A stretch of 64,000 bases of DNA from Octopus sinensis (Eukaryota): the NCBI RefSeq assembly GCF_006345805.1, contig NC_043013.1:12276001-12340000 (forward strand). The letters run 5' to 3'. Positions 27,105 to 41,338 of this stretch are shown here, piece by piece. Each line of letters starts with the position of its first letter. Positions within the stretch are counted from its first letter, which is position 1. The notes beneath the pieces were generated by a model. It had not been told where the DNA came from. It saw only the letters and a program-made list of their open reading frames with translations, and searched no databases. The translations under genes were made by a program, and so were the position numbers.

Positions 27105-27660
27105 GAGTGAGAGAGCAGTGCATGCCATCAAAGTGACACTGGGGTAAAATATACGAAGCCCAGTATACCCATCATGACTACCTGTCTGATAAGGGTACAC
27201 CAGGCACATACATCACAACCATATGTGCGCGACATGGTGATCTCATATCAAGATAAACAGTGTATGACCTTGCAAGTGGGGCCCAGTTTTGATTTTCTTC
27301 TGGTCGAGTAGCCTATTCAGCTCAAAAGGTCCCTGAATAAAGATCGTTTAAGGATGTTGAACAAACCACCCCTATTTCCACAGGTGAATTATCCAAACCT
27401 CTAAGAATTCCTTTCAACACACAGCTATGATGTTCCCCCACTACTTCTGCTCGTGATCAAAGATGCACATATCGTCAGCCACTAAGGGACATGCTCAACT
27501 GGTTAAGGTCAAACAACTGACAAGCAAATCTGTGGTATTGAACAGAATATTTGCTGTAGCCCATCTTTTATACCAAGACAAAACAATGTACATGATAACA
27601 CTCCCAATCAGTTAAGGTCAGAAGCCATGAAAGCCACTGCCTGCTACTGAATCAGGGAAT
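27105..27660 (-). mobile_element. Family B copy 3
   Basis: Reverse complement of 10971-11527, in (ATT)n. Confidence 0.9.
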
Positions 27661-27699
27661 TATTTCGATGTTGTTATTATTATATTATTATTATTATCC

Positions 27700-27790
<91 letters not shown>

Positions 27791-27906
27791 ATCATTATCA
27801 TTATTATATTATTATTATTATTATCATTATTATATATTATTATTATCTTATCATTATCATTATCATTATATTATTATATATCATTATCATTATTATTATA
27901 TTATTA

Positions 27907-27957
<51 letters not shown>

Positions 27958-27985
27958 TATCATTATTATTATTATTATTATATCA

Positions 27986-28017
<32 letters not shown>

Positions 28018-28542
28018 GAGTGAGAGAGCAGTCATGCCATCAAAGTGACACTGGGGTAAAATATACGAAGCCAAATATACCCATCATGACTACCCGTCTG
28101 ATAAAGGTACACAGGCACATGCATCACAACCATATGTGCGCGACATGGTGATCTCATATCAAGATAAACAGCACATGACCTTGCAGGTGGGGCCCAGTTA
28201 GAATTTTCTTCAGGTTGAGTAGCCCATCCCGCTCAAACGGTCCCTGAATAAGGTTGTTTAAGGATGTTGAAAGAACCACCCATGTTTCCAGAGGTGAACT
28301 ATTCAAACCCCAAACAATCCCTCTCAACACATGGCTATGATGCTCCCCCACTACTTCTGCTCGTGATCAGAGATGCACATATCGTCAGCCAATAAGGGAC
28401 ATGCTCAACTGGTTAAGGTCAAACAACTGACAAGCAAATCTGTGGTATTGAGCAGAATATTTGCTGTAGCCCATCTTTTATACCAAGACAAAACAATGTA
28501 CATGATAACACTTCCAATCAGTTAAGATCAGAAGCCATGAGA
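28018..28542 (-). mobile_element. Family B copy 4
   Basis: Reverse complement of family B, 5'-shortened by about 30 bp, in (ATT)n. Confidence 0.9.
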
Positions 28543-28607
28543 ATTATTTTTTATTATCATATTATTATATTAGTATTTTATTATTATTATTATTATTATT
28601 ATTATCA

Positions 28608-28643
<36 letters not shown>

Positions 28644-28682
28644 TATTTTATTATTATTAATTATTATTATTATTATTATTTT

Positions 28683-29472
28683 ATTCAGTAGTTTATTTTT
28701 ATAGCGTGCTTTCACTTCACTACCGAGCGCAGTTCTGTGTGCTTGGGTATGTGCTGTGATTTATTGTGATGCTCTGATGGTTATTGTATGGAAAGTGTTC
28801 TGCGTAGGATGTGGGCAGTGCCTAGTAGTGCAATTTTCTGTATGTTATATGTGTTTGTAAGCCCTGGTTTTTTGTTATGTATTTGTCTGAATATTTTTTT
28901 ATCATGCCTAATGCACCTACTATGATGGGAATTGTTTCTGTTTTTAGATTCCCCATTCTGGTTACCTCTATTTCCAGGTCTTTGTATTTTGAGAGTTTCT
29001 CCATTTCTTTTAGAGACACATTGTCATCTGCCGGTATTGATACATCAATTAGAAAGCATTTTTTTTCTTCATGATCTCTGACAACTATATCTGGTCTGTT
29101 GGCCTTAATTTCTCTATCTGTGTGTATCGGCATATCCCAGAGTATGGTTGCTTTCTCGTTTTCTGTGACCTTTTCTGGTGTGTGCCTATACCATCTTTTT
29201 CTGTTGTTATTCCATAATGTGGCATAGCTTCCAATGTATGTAGGTTCCAACTCTGTCATGTCTGTGAATATATTCCTTCTTAGCCAGGACTGGGCAGCTA
29301 GAGATAATATGATTTATTGTTTCTTGTCCATCTCCACAAATTCTGCAGTTACTTGTTATATTTCCTTTCATTACATGTTTTTGGTAATTTCTGGTGGGGA
29401 GGCTTTGGTCTTGTGCTGCAATTAAAAATCCCTCTGCTTTGAGTCCTGAGCTTCTCAACCATTGCTGGGATT
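28683..29472 (-). mobile_element. R4/Dong-type LINE 3' fragment (CCHC knuckle plus endonuclease)
   Basis: QQWLRSSGLKAEGFLIAAQDQSLPTRNY...CRICGDGQETINHIISSC...HDRVGTYIHW; NRPDIVV...LIDVSIP...KYKDL. Confidence 0.92.
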
Positions 29473-29476
29473 TATT

Positions 29477-29519
<43 letters not shown>

Positions 29520-29526
29520 CCATCAC

Positions 29527-29559
<33 letters not shown>

Positions 29560-29573
29560 TATCATCATCATCA

Positions 29574-29610
<37 letters not shown>

Positions 29611-29611
29611 C

Positions 29612-32600
29612 ATTGTCATTTACTTTTAATCTGCATGTTTGATGCAATCACCTGCCGGGGCACACCCAGCGCCCTAGGGCAAGTGAAGGTTAAGAGTTGT
29701 TGAAATATAGCTGAAAGCTTGGGAGGGGAAGTAGAGAAATATCTCCATGTAATACAAACACAAACATTTACATCGATAGGGTTTTCTAGGATGTGGGCAG
29801 TACTTGTTAGCACAATCTTTTGGATTTCCTTGAGACATGGTTTTCCAGGGATATTGTCTAGGTGTTTCTGACATCCCTTTTTTATCATACCTAGGGCACC
29901 TACAATAACAGGAACAGTTTTTGTTTTAAGATTCCACATCCTCTGTATTTCGATTCCAGGTCCTTATATTTACTAAGTTTGTCAAATTCCTTGACAGATA
30001 CATTTTTATCAGTGGGGACGCTTACTTCTATTAGTCTGCAGGTATTTTCTTCCCTGTCTTTAACAATTATGTCTGGTCGATTAGCCTTGATCGTTCTGTC
30101 AGTGTTGACTGGAAAATCCCAGAGGATGGTGACATCTTTACCTTCAACAACTGGCTGAGGATGGTGTTCATACCAGTTAGCAGGAGTGTCGGATTTGTAG
30201 TGTTTACATATCTTCCAATGTATATACTGTCCTACCCTATCGTGGCGATTTTTGTATTCGTTTGGTGTCAGCACAGGACATCCCGAAACGAGATGGTCTA
30301 TTGTTTCGTCAAATGGTCACAGAATCTGCATTTAGGGTCAGTACCGTTTCGGAGAACGTTAGCCTGGTAATTTCTGGTAAACAAGCTTTGATCTTGTGCT
30401 GCCATTATGAAGCCTTCAGTCTCTGCTTTCAATCCAGAACTCTTCAGCCACTGATGGGTTGTTGCTGGTCTACATCAGCATTTTGGCTTCGGAGAATGTA
30501 TTGTCCATGCAGGGGCTTCTGGCTCCACCGCCTCTCAATTTGATTCTGCCCATTCTTTTTTGCAGTCTGCCTGATTCGCTTTGCTTGCTTGGTAGCAGTG
30601 GTTTCTGGCTCTTCGCCTGATTCAAGGTTAATGCCTAGTTCCCTTTCGAACTTATAAGCTTCCTTGACAATAGAATGCAGCTTTTTGCTGCTTTCGTGTT
30701 CACACACAAGTCGCAGCATCCAGTCTTTTGTACTAGATAGGTACCTGTTCATTCCTACAGTAGAGGTCTTATAGCACAGCTCCAATTGCATCATTCCTCT
30801 CCCCCCGCTGCTTCTAGGTAGGTACAAGCGGTCTACATCTGCCTTAGGGTGGTGCATGCTCCTGGATGTCAGTAACTTTCTTGTCTTCCTGTCCAAGCGT
30901 TGGAGTTCCGTAAGGTTCCAGTTAATGATGTTAAAACTGTACTGGACTACTGGAAGTGCCAGGGGTTAATGGCCTCAATGCAATTTTTGGAGTTGAGTTC
31001 AGTCTTCAGTACAAGCCTACTCCTATAGTACTCCTTTCTTATTTTTTCCTTCATAGTAGCATGATGTATACCATCTCCTTCGTTGATTCCTAGGTATTTG
31101 TAGCTTTCTTTGGGTCAAGTTCCTTGATGGTAGTGTCAATATCTAATTTAACAGAAGCTGTTTGCTTGAGCTTGCCTCTTACAAAAGTTGCTTTAGCACA
31201 CTTATCAAGGCCAGAATCCATTCCGATATCATTGCTAAACTCTTTAACAGTTGTTAGCAGCCCTTCTAGCTTTTGGTCATTCTTGGCAAACAGCTTTAGA
31301 TCGTCCATATAAAAAAGGTGGTTTATTAACTTGCTAAAAACTTTGTACCCATATCTGGCACTATCCAATTCGTTGAGAGTGGGATCAGTGCCATGCAAAA
31401 AAGTAATGGAGAGAGGGAGTCACCTTGAAAGATGCCTCGTTTGATGTTGATGCTGTTGGACTGGCTCATCCCATTACTATGGCTTAGAAAGAGACGTGTG
31501 TTCCACATGGTCATGCTATTCTCTAAGAATTTTGAGACGACAGGGGAGATCTTGTATATCTCAAGGGCCTGAGTATCCATTTATGTGGGACACTGTCATA
31601 CGCTTTCCTGTAGTCTATCCATGCCATACTCAGGTTTTTGTTTTTGCTCCGGCAATTCTCTACAATCATTCTGTTATGAGCAATTGGTCTTTGCACCCAT
31701 AAGAGTTTCTTTTACAACCTTTTGAGCTTGTGGAAGGATAGAATTTTGTTCAAGGAAAGCGTACATTCTCTCCGTTATTATGGATGTGAGGATTTTGTAG
31801 GTGGTGTTGAGACATGTTATTGGCCGGTAATTCTTTGGGTTTTTTGTGTCTTCGGTTTTAGGTAATAGGTAGGTGGTTCCTTCAGTCAGCCAAGCAGGTA
31901 TTTGCTCTGGGTTCTGAATGACATCAGACAGAGATGCAGCGAGATGTTCGTGTACCTCTGTCAAACAATTCAGCAGAAGTTAGGGATCCGATCCAGTCCT
32001 GGGGTTTTCCATTTATGAGCCTTCCTAAGGACACACCTTAGCTCCTCTATTCCTATTGCTTCCCATTCTGTTCTTCAAGTTCATCCAGTCTCTCTTTCTC
32101 ATGTTCTATCCAGTCAGCCTCAGCATTAAACTCTTTTCGTTGCTCCATACCTTCTTCCAGAACTCCTCCACTTCCTCAATCTTAGGTGGATCTTCTATGT
32201 GTATTTTATTTTTGCCAATTTCCCTATAAAATTCTTTGCATCTGTCTTAAAAAATTTATTTTGTCGATAAAATTTGTTTCTTTTGTCATACCTTCTAAGC
32301 CGTTGAGCTTTCAACTGTATCCGTTGTTTCAACAGTTCCTTAGTTGCAGGGAGGTTTATGAGATCTTTGATTTTATATTTTTGCTTGATTTTTCTAGCTT
32401 TTCCGGCTTAATATTCACTCCTCTAGCAAGCTCATCGAGAACTGAAACATCCGCCCGCAGAGATTCAATCTCTTTTTGTATCGCTACTTTCCACTTAGGA
32501 GGTTCATTGACATGCCTGGCCTTTTCTTTGTCATCTTAATACCTAGTTGGGTAGTTACTACTTTAGCAGTGGAATAAATGAGATTATTTAAGGTTGTCAA

Positions 32601-33420
32601 ATCATTCCCCTTATTTCTTAAGATCTGTCCTAGGGCAACGTTATATGTCATGATTGTGTTGTTATTTCTTGTGCCATTTGAAAACTTTGGTAGTGGTTCT
32701 CTATTAACCATGTCAGTGAGCTCAATCTTGCCGAGTTCTCTCATAATGTCCACTTTTGCTTCCATAATCTTTTCTCAATTATTCACCTCAAATTCTATGT
32801 CATATCTATTTTGGTTATCTTGAGGAAGGTCTACGTTCTCCTCTTTTTTCAAATCTCTCGTCTTCGCTATTCTTTGTTTAACTTCCCCATTGGGAAGTTG
32901 ATTTGCCGCTTGTACACTGGCTTCTGTGCTACTGTTACCTATTTCGTCTACATTGTTGCTGTTTTCTTTTGGTCTACCATGAGCTATTAGTGTCCTAATT
33001 TTGTCAATTTCAGCGTCAGTTAGTCTTTTGTTTTTAATTATATCTCTGCGTACATTACTTAATTTATTTGCGTCTATATATCTACGTACGTCATTGCCTA
33101 CTGAATTTCTCCATGAGATGTATGTTTGTACACTGAGGTTATTGTTTGGGTTTAGTTGGGCTGTATAAAAAGCTTTCAACACATCTCTATAGTCCTCTCT
33201 GGTCCATTTTATACGTTTTGCTTTAGGTGGTGTTTTGGTGGTGTCACTACAAGTCCAGAGTTAGAAGTATTCTGGTTCTGGTCACCTGGTAGATCGTCTT
33301 TTTGAGAGTTTGTTCCAGCAGCAAACTTTTCGACCCCAGTCTGGTTCCCTACTGGGTAACGCGGTCCTTGTTGTCCCGGCGATGACCGATCCGGCATGAT
33401 TTTTGGCTTGTTTTCATTAA
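29612..33420 (-). mobile_element. Near full-length R4/Dong-clade non-LTR retrotransposon (single ORF, frameshifted)
   Basis: In order: N-terminal KWTREDYRD.LKAFY..IDANKLSNVRRDIIKNKRLT; RT NYRPITCLNTTYKIL, QGDSLSPLLF, LFYMDDLKLFAK; HPKADVDRLYLPRSSGGRG; CRFC..IDHLVSGC knuckle; NRPDII..LIEVSVP..KYKDL; 3' end abuts (AAT)n. Confidence 0.95.
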
Positions 33421-34083
33421 ATGATTGACGGCGACATCAGAGGGGTCCATTTTTTCAGAGTCAACTTTTTGACAAGACGCCGCTTCTGTGACGGTGACAG
33501 GGTCAATTTTTGACAAAACACCGCTTCTGAATTCTCCGAATTAATATATTGTTCATATCGAACTCGCATAAGACTTACAGATCGAAATTCGCCTCTATTT
33601 CTTTTGGTAGTCATGTTTCCGGGCATAACTGTGTAGTGACTTTCTAAATTCAGTGACCAATTTTCTCTTTTTTGCGTTTATCATTATTATTATTCCTTTG
33701 TCGTAACCAGCGATTCAACTTTATTGAGCTTTACACAATGAAGAAAAAAATGATCTAGCATGATAGTCTTTAATCTGTATATCAAGAATCATTAACCGGG
33801 CAAATTTCATTGGTAAGCAGAGAAAATATGGCAGCAGGTTGGCTGAAAAAATATGACAACAGTGATAAATGTAAGACGTTGTCATAAGCGGGGTTTTTTT
33901 CATGTTCATTTTAAATAAACTTTACAAAGATTCAAGCGAAGCATAATATTTAACTGTCAATATTTGTTGATTTTTGTGCTAATAAATAAATAAACTAGTG
34001 AACGAACAGACAGTTGGTATGTAAACATTAGTGAAAGTATGTGGGAAAATGTAAGATATAGTAGTAAATGATGGGGATGATAA

Positions 34084-34157
<74 letters not shown>

Positions 34158-34171
34158 TGATGATGATGATG

Positions 34172-34228
<57 letters not shown>

Positions 34229-34231
<3 letters not shown>

Positions 34232-34781
34232 GCCCTGATGCAGTACCAGGCAGTGGCTCTCATGGCTTCTGATCTTAACTGATTGGGAGTGTTATCATGT
34301 ACGTTGTTTTGTCTTGGTATAAAAGATGGGCTACAGCAAATATTCTGCTCAATACCACAGATTTGCTTGACAGTTGTTTGACCTTAACCAGTTGAGCATA
34401 TCCCTTAGTGGCTGACGATATGTGCATCTCTGATCACGAGCAGAAGTAGTGGGGGAACATCATAGCTGTGTGTTGAAAGGAATTCTTAGAGGTTTGGATA
34501 ATTCACCTTTGGAAACAAGGGCGGTTCGTTCAACATCCTTAAACGATCTTTATTCAAGGCCCTTTTGAGCGGGATGGGCTACCCGACCAGAAGAAAATTC
34601 TAGCTGGGCCCCACCCGCAAGGTCATGCGCTGTTTATCTTGATATGAGATCACCATGTCGCGCACATATGGTTGTGATGCATATGCTTGGTATATCCTTA
34701 TCAGACGGGTAGTCATGATGGGTATACTGGGCTTCGTATATTTTACCCCAGTGTCACTTTGATAGTATGCACCGCTCTCTC
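34229..34781 (+). mobile_element. Family B copy 5
   Basis: Same 5' start (aatgccctgatgcagtacc) and 3' end as copy 1. Confidence 0.9.
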
Positions 34782-34826
<45 letters not shown>

Positions 34827-34842
34827 AATAATAATAATAACA

Positions 34843-35012
34843 TCGAAAAATACCTTAGGAATGAGAACCCAGGTTCGAAATTTCCCCAAGATACCTGAAG
34901 AAGGCTAGAGGGTATATCAGCCAAAACGTTGTGTTAACAACAAACAACATGAGGACAAATATCTGTCGAATGTAAATAATGTACATAAATCCTCATCTCT
35001 CAAATATAGAAC
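34843..35012 (+). mobile_element. SINE H1 body, copy 3 (hammerhead-like motif 34890-34935)
   Basis: gatac-CTGAAGA-a-ggct.gagggtatat.agcc-aAAA-cg-tt-gtgtt. Confidence 0.8.
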
Positions 35013-35424
35013 TGTGCTAAACCAGAGGTTCTCAAACTTTTTGTGCCTCATGGCCACATAATACCCTCAACGCCCCTACTACTATTTTCATGTATAAATA
35101 AATATTTTACATTTTACTAATTTATATACGCTATGAATCATTTGATATTTACTATAATATTATCTAATTTGTATACAATACTATAATAATATAATAAATT
35201 CATAGCATCCCCCAATCTACTGCCCTCCTCCCAACACCTCCTTTTCCTCTACCGTTCTGCTGTTAGGTGCCAGCACCCATCTGGACAGTCTCAACGCCCA
35301 TCGGGTTGGGGGGCAGTAGTGCCCACTTTGAGGACCTATGGAATAGACCGAAACTAGACACAATGTACGGAGTATTACACTCAAAGAGCAATATTGAAAG
35401 GTTGTATCTAACCAGATACAAGGG

Positions 35425-35838
35425 TGGGCGAGCTGGCAGAAACGTTAGCACGCCGGGCGAAATGCGTAGCGGTATTTCGTCTACCGTTACGTTCTGAGTT
35501 CAAATTCCGCCGAGTTCGACTTTGCCTTTCATACTTTCGGGGTCGATTAAATAAGTACCAGTTACACACTGGGGTCGATATAATCGACTTAATCCGTTTG
35601 TCTGTCCTTGTTTGTCCTCTCTGTGTTTAGCCCCTTGTGGGTAGTAAAGAAATAGGTATTTCGTCTGCCGCAACGTTCTGAGTCCAAATTCCGCCGAGGT
35701 CGACTTTGACTTTCATCCTTTCGGGGTCGATTAAATAAGTACCAGTTACACACTGAGGTCGATATAATCGACTTAATCCGTTTGTCTGTCCTTGTTTGTC
35801 GCCTCTATGTGTAGCCCCTTATGGGTAATAAAGAAATA
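35425..35838 (+). mobile_element. SINE family C with tandemly duplicated 3' two-thirds
   Basis: ggtatttcgtct...aaagaaata occurs twice (about 35470-35655 and 35655-35838); B-box-like gagttcaaattcc. Confidence 0.9.
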
Positions 35839-36204
35839 AGATACAAGGGTGGGCGAAGGCTAATCAGACGTGAAAGTTGTGTATGTTCAGGAGAAAATAG
35901 TTTGCGAGTGGTATACCGAGGGTGCCATAGAACCATTGCTAATTCAGGTGAGAATATCTGATATAGCGAGGATCGATAATTGTGTGGAGATAGAGGGGTA
36001 TAAAGAGAAATGGTGTAAGAAAGATGGAGAAACTAGAATAGATAATGGCTGTAACGGACGGGCAGCTTGCGAGTGAGGTGAGCAGGAAAACCTGCTGTTG
36101 TATGGTATGCTATATATCTGTATACTTTTATATATGTATGTGTGTGTATGTGTGCGCGCTCGCTCGCGTGAATGTGGTGTATCTATGTGTGCATATATAT
36201 ATAT

Positions 36205-36302
<98 letters not shown>

Positions 36303-36395
36303 TTATATATATATATATATGTTTATATATATGTACATATACATATGCACATATAAGTGTATATATGTATGTGTATATATATATAATATATATAT

Positions 36396-36428
<33 letters not shown>

Positions 36429-36520
36429 AAGATAGATATACATATACATATATGCATATAAATATATATATATATACGTGTACATACATACATGCACATA
36501 TGTATGTATATATATATATA

Positions 36521-36556
<36 letters not shown>

Positions 36557-37649
36557 ATACATATATATATGGGGGGGATGTATGTATCCATACATGTGCT
36601 TATGATATGAAAACAAAGGTCAGTTCAGGCTCCGTAGACTCGGACAAAGTGGCCTCAGTGGTGACTGTTTATTTGATTTGATTGTAGTGGTGCTGTGTGA
36701 TGTTCGAGCTGTGATGGTGATGGTGGTGGTAGTGGTGGTGGTGGTATTTGTGGTAGCGGTTATAGTGGTAGAGGAGGAAGTGGTGGTGATTGTGGATGTA
36801 GTGGTGACGGTGATGGTCGTCGTAGTCGGGTGGTGTTATTAAGTCGCTGATATTGTGGTGGTGGGTTCTGTGTTCTTGTGGGTAGCAATGGCGTGTGTTT
36901 CTTTTTGTGGTTTTTAGTGGTTGTGATGTGATTGTGGGAACAAAGAGAGAGAGGGAGAGAGAGCGAAAGAAAGAGAGGGAAAGAGAGAGAAAGGGAGGAA
37001 AGGGTCATTAGTTGTGGCTGTGTGATGAGGGGGTAACTTTTGTTCTGCGGAAGAACGGGGAAAAGGAAAAGCATATAATTGATAATAATTGATAATTATC
37101 TAATTTAAGACTTGACCCACCACCACCCACACTACCATTACCACCACCACCACCAATACCAGTAAACCAACCATTGTCACCATCATTATCACCAACACTA
37201 TTAGCAGCAGCAACAGAACCACCATCCATTCAACCCCGACCCCGAAGCCCACCTCACCATCATTACCTTCGTCAACATCATCATCATCATCAAGCATCAT
37301 CACCACAACCACCACTACCACCACCACCACCACCACCGCTACCACCACCACCACCACCACCACCACCACCACCACCACCACCACCACCACCGCCACCACC
37401 AACACCAACACCACCACTATCGCCACCACCTCCATTACACTCACCATCGTTGTTACCCCACCGCCACCACCACCACATCCACCATCATTATCGTTGTCCC
37501 CACCGCAACCACTACCATCATCATCATTTTACCATCATCCGGTTGCTTCCAACCAACAAGGCCACAGGTCCCGACAGTGACCATTCTAAAACAATGCGTC
37601 TTAGTTTTAATCCCTAATCTCCCTAAATTTCTCAAGTTTCTCTCTCTTA

Positions 37650-39130
37650 TTCCCTGCCCTTTTCTCGGGGTATGACAGTTTGGAGAAATGCGCTGCAGTG
37701 AGTCCCATATCCAAGAATTGCCCCCTACAGGCTTACTTCCAAATCTCATAGATAACGGGGAGAACTCTGAACAATTATCTCTCTCTCCACTGCAACTCTC
37801 TCTCTCTCCCCTGATGACCACTTGTAGAGATTTTATAAAACCAATTCTACTGGAGACCTAGTTCCCTATATCACTTAGCGGTGGGCCCACCCTCACCTTT
37901 GAGAATTTTGATAAAAGCTGTTTTGTTGCCTTGAACATTAGTACAGCTATTGACTGGTTTTTATAAGTGCTTCCTGTGAAAACTACTCGTCTATAGACAC
38001 CTCTCTCGTCTTTTAGATTAGTAGCTTCCTCTTAGATCTAATTTTCACGGCCTGTGCTTTTGTGTTTCAATTTGACCTGCATTCTACCAGGTCTGCTGTT
38101 CCCCATGCTTTGATTTGTTACCAAATCAGCCTCCTGTGTCTCCTGGGCCTCCCGGGCTTCAATTAGCCTTTTAGATTCTTAGTTCCCTCTTAGATCTCAT
38201 TGTTGCAGCGTATCTTGCTGTGTCTCAGTTTGAGTTACACACTGTCAGTTTGGGTTCGATTTTATCTTCCATACCCAACCTCTTATACAACAGCGACCTA
38301 TTTGCTGTCATCTTCAGCAACACCCATTACTGGTGTGTGTGTGTGTTGATGTGTCTTTCTCAGACGCAAAATCTGTCAGCTCTGGTCTCCTTCATGTTAC
38401 GGTTTTGACGTCCCCACTCAGCATCTATTCAACAATGGCGTACTTTAAACAACGCCCATTATGCACAGATGATACTATTCTTAATCTCTCTCTCTAATCT
38501 TAACACACCCAAGCATCCTCTAACATACAACCCGAACATCCCGCTGCAAAACTGCAATGACTTCGTAAATTGAAACCTCAAATATCATCCCATGGGGGTC
38601 GTACCAGTTTTGAATACTTCAATAGCAAAAAGACGAATTCACTGTACATACTAAGAACTAAATCACATCTCACTGCACAAGTAGAAGCATCACTTACGCT
38701 TCAAATATTATCACTGAAGATCAAATGTTATTTCTGAAATATTATCACCAGAGCTGAAAGTGTATGGCTCAGACATATCGCCAACATAAACAAATGCTGC
38801 ATTTCAAACGGTGGCCTTCCTCTTCAGGGCTAGAAACCACCTCTAACAATTACTTGTGCTCTACAAATTCCAGGTGAAACTTACAACGGAGTACTGCACC
38901 CATGTCTGGGACTGTGACAGTGCTGCTTGTAAGTAAATTAAATGAATGGGTCTCCGTCGATTTCGACGATGTGGATTCAGTTGTTCAGTTAAGTGAATCA
39001 CCTACTCGCTGAATTAGCCGAGTATTCCACACACGTGTACCCTTAGAGTAATTCTCAGAATCAGCATGAAAACAGAAGGGCGTGACCAGGCCGTACTTTT
39101 GAATTGCAGATACAATCCATCCGACGGGCT
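37650..39130 (+). pseudogene. Highly decayed CR1/Jockey-group LINE RT fragment
   Basis: Motifs in order: VALNISTAIDW (about 37925, cf. LDISKAFD), CTDDTIL (38462, cf. YADD), QLLVLYKFQVKLTTEYCTHVW (38848-38910). Confidence 0.65.
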
Positions 39131-41298
39131 TCCGCACAGTTTCCTTTTACCCAATTTCTTTCTCCCTCCTCCTCTTTCTCTCTCTTTCTCTTCTGTCTTG
39201 TCTACACATTCTACAATAGCCTCCGCTTCATCCAGGACCTTTGTCTTCATATCTCGTGAACCATATTTTTGTTCACTTTCATAAACTCTTCCACCACCAC
39301 AACAACAACCACCACCACCATCACCACTATCGTCACCACCACAACTACCACTACCACCGCCATCACCGCCGCTACCACCATCACTATTACCACCACCACT
39401 ATCATCATCACCATCTCCATCAACGCCATCGCCATCAATATCACCACCACCACCACCACCACCCCACCTTCGCCCATCAAGCACCGCCATCACCACACCA
39501 ACCTTACCTCACACCAGCAGCAGCAACATCACAACCGCCACCTCCTACCCCCCCCTCACCGTCATCATAACATCGACAGCACACCACATGTAACGTTCCT
39601 TCTAACATTACTACCACAACCATACCATCCATCGCACACGAAGCCACACTATCACCATTACTACCACGAACACCACCAACCACCACCACACCACCAACCA
39701 CAACTACCACCAGCAGCAACAGCCATTACACACCATCAGCACCATCACTCCACGACACGACGACTACCGCCACTTTCACCGCCACGCCGCCGCCGCCACC
39801 GCCTCAATGTTCATTCAACTTCAACGCTTATTGACGTATGTACGGTTCAGCTACACACTACCTTCTACCCCCTTCCACTCCTGCCCATCACCACTACAAG
39901 GTCCCATCAGCATCAACACTTACAAGACTACAGCCAACACAACAACCCCCATCACCACCACAACCATCACCACCATCAATGCTACCACCGTTCCTGCTTC
40001 TGTAACGTTGTCATTACTTCTCTCACTATCACCACTACCACTACCATCACCACCACCACCACCGCCGCCGTCCAACGCCAACGCCGACTATTGATACCAC
40101 AATAGTACACTACTTAACATGTTAACCATGTCACCACCACCAGCACAACACCACACCACCGCACCACCACCCACCACCACCAACACCACCACCACCCACC
40201 ACCACCAACAACCACCACCACCACACCACCATCGCCGCCGCCGCTTTCTGTAATAACCACTGCCATTACTAACTCCCTTCATTACCGTTGGTATATAATT
40301 ACTGTCCCCTCCTAACAACACCAACAAATACCACCGTTAATACTACGACCAATATTATCGCCACCAAAATACCACCACCACCACCACCACCACCAATACC
40401 ACCACCACCAATACCACCACCACCAATACCATACCATCGTTATTACCAAACGAGAAACCAAGCATCGTCTTTAACCGTTATCGCCACAATCACTGGATCC
40501 ATGAAAGGCCCCGGCAATACCACCGCCACCGCCACCACCACCACCACCACCACCACCACCAGCGCCTCCGCCACCACCACCATCATCACCACCACCACCA
40601 CCGCCACCACCACAACCACCACCACCACCACCACCACCGCCACCGCCACCGCCACCACCACCACCACCACCATTACCACCACCACCACCATTACCACCAC
40701 CACCACCACCACCACCACCACCACCACAACCATCACCACCACCACCACCGCCACCGCCACCACCACCACCATTACCACCACCACCACCACCACCACCACA
40801 CCACCACCACCACCACCACCACCACCACCACCACCGCCGCCGCCACCGCCACCACCACAACGCCGGCGACTCGATCTTTTGTCAGGGTTGCAATTACGAA
40901 GCAGTGCTCATTATCTTATCATTATTGGATCTTTATGAGTAAGCCTGTTAGATATGGGCCCTGCTGTAGATGTCGTGCAGGTGGTGGTGGTAGTGGTGGT
41001 GGTGGTGGTGGTAGTGGTGGTGCACGAACGTGAGGGGCGGGGGGGGGGTTAAAGTACTGACGAGGAAATTGTTAATGCTAATGATTGGTGGTGGTGATGG
41101 GGGGAATGGACCATCTATGGCGTGTTTGCGATCGTATTTGTGTTTCCGAGCATCAAGGTCCAACGTGCGCGCATGTGTCTCGAAAGGTACAACTGTATAG
41201 GTAGGTGTGTCTGTGAATGTGACCACGTGTGTGTGTATGTGTATGTATGTGTGTGTGTGTGTGTGTGTGTGTGACTAGGTGCGTGCGTAGCTAGGTGT

Positions 41299-41338
<40 letters not shown>

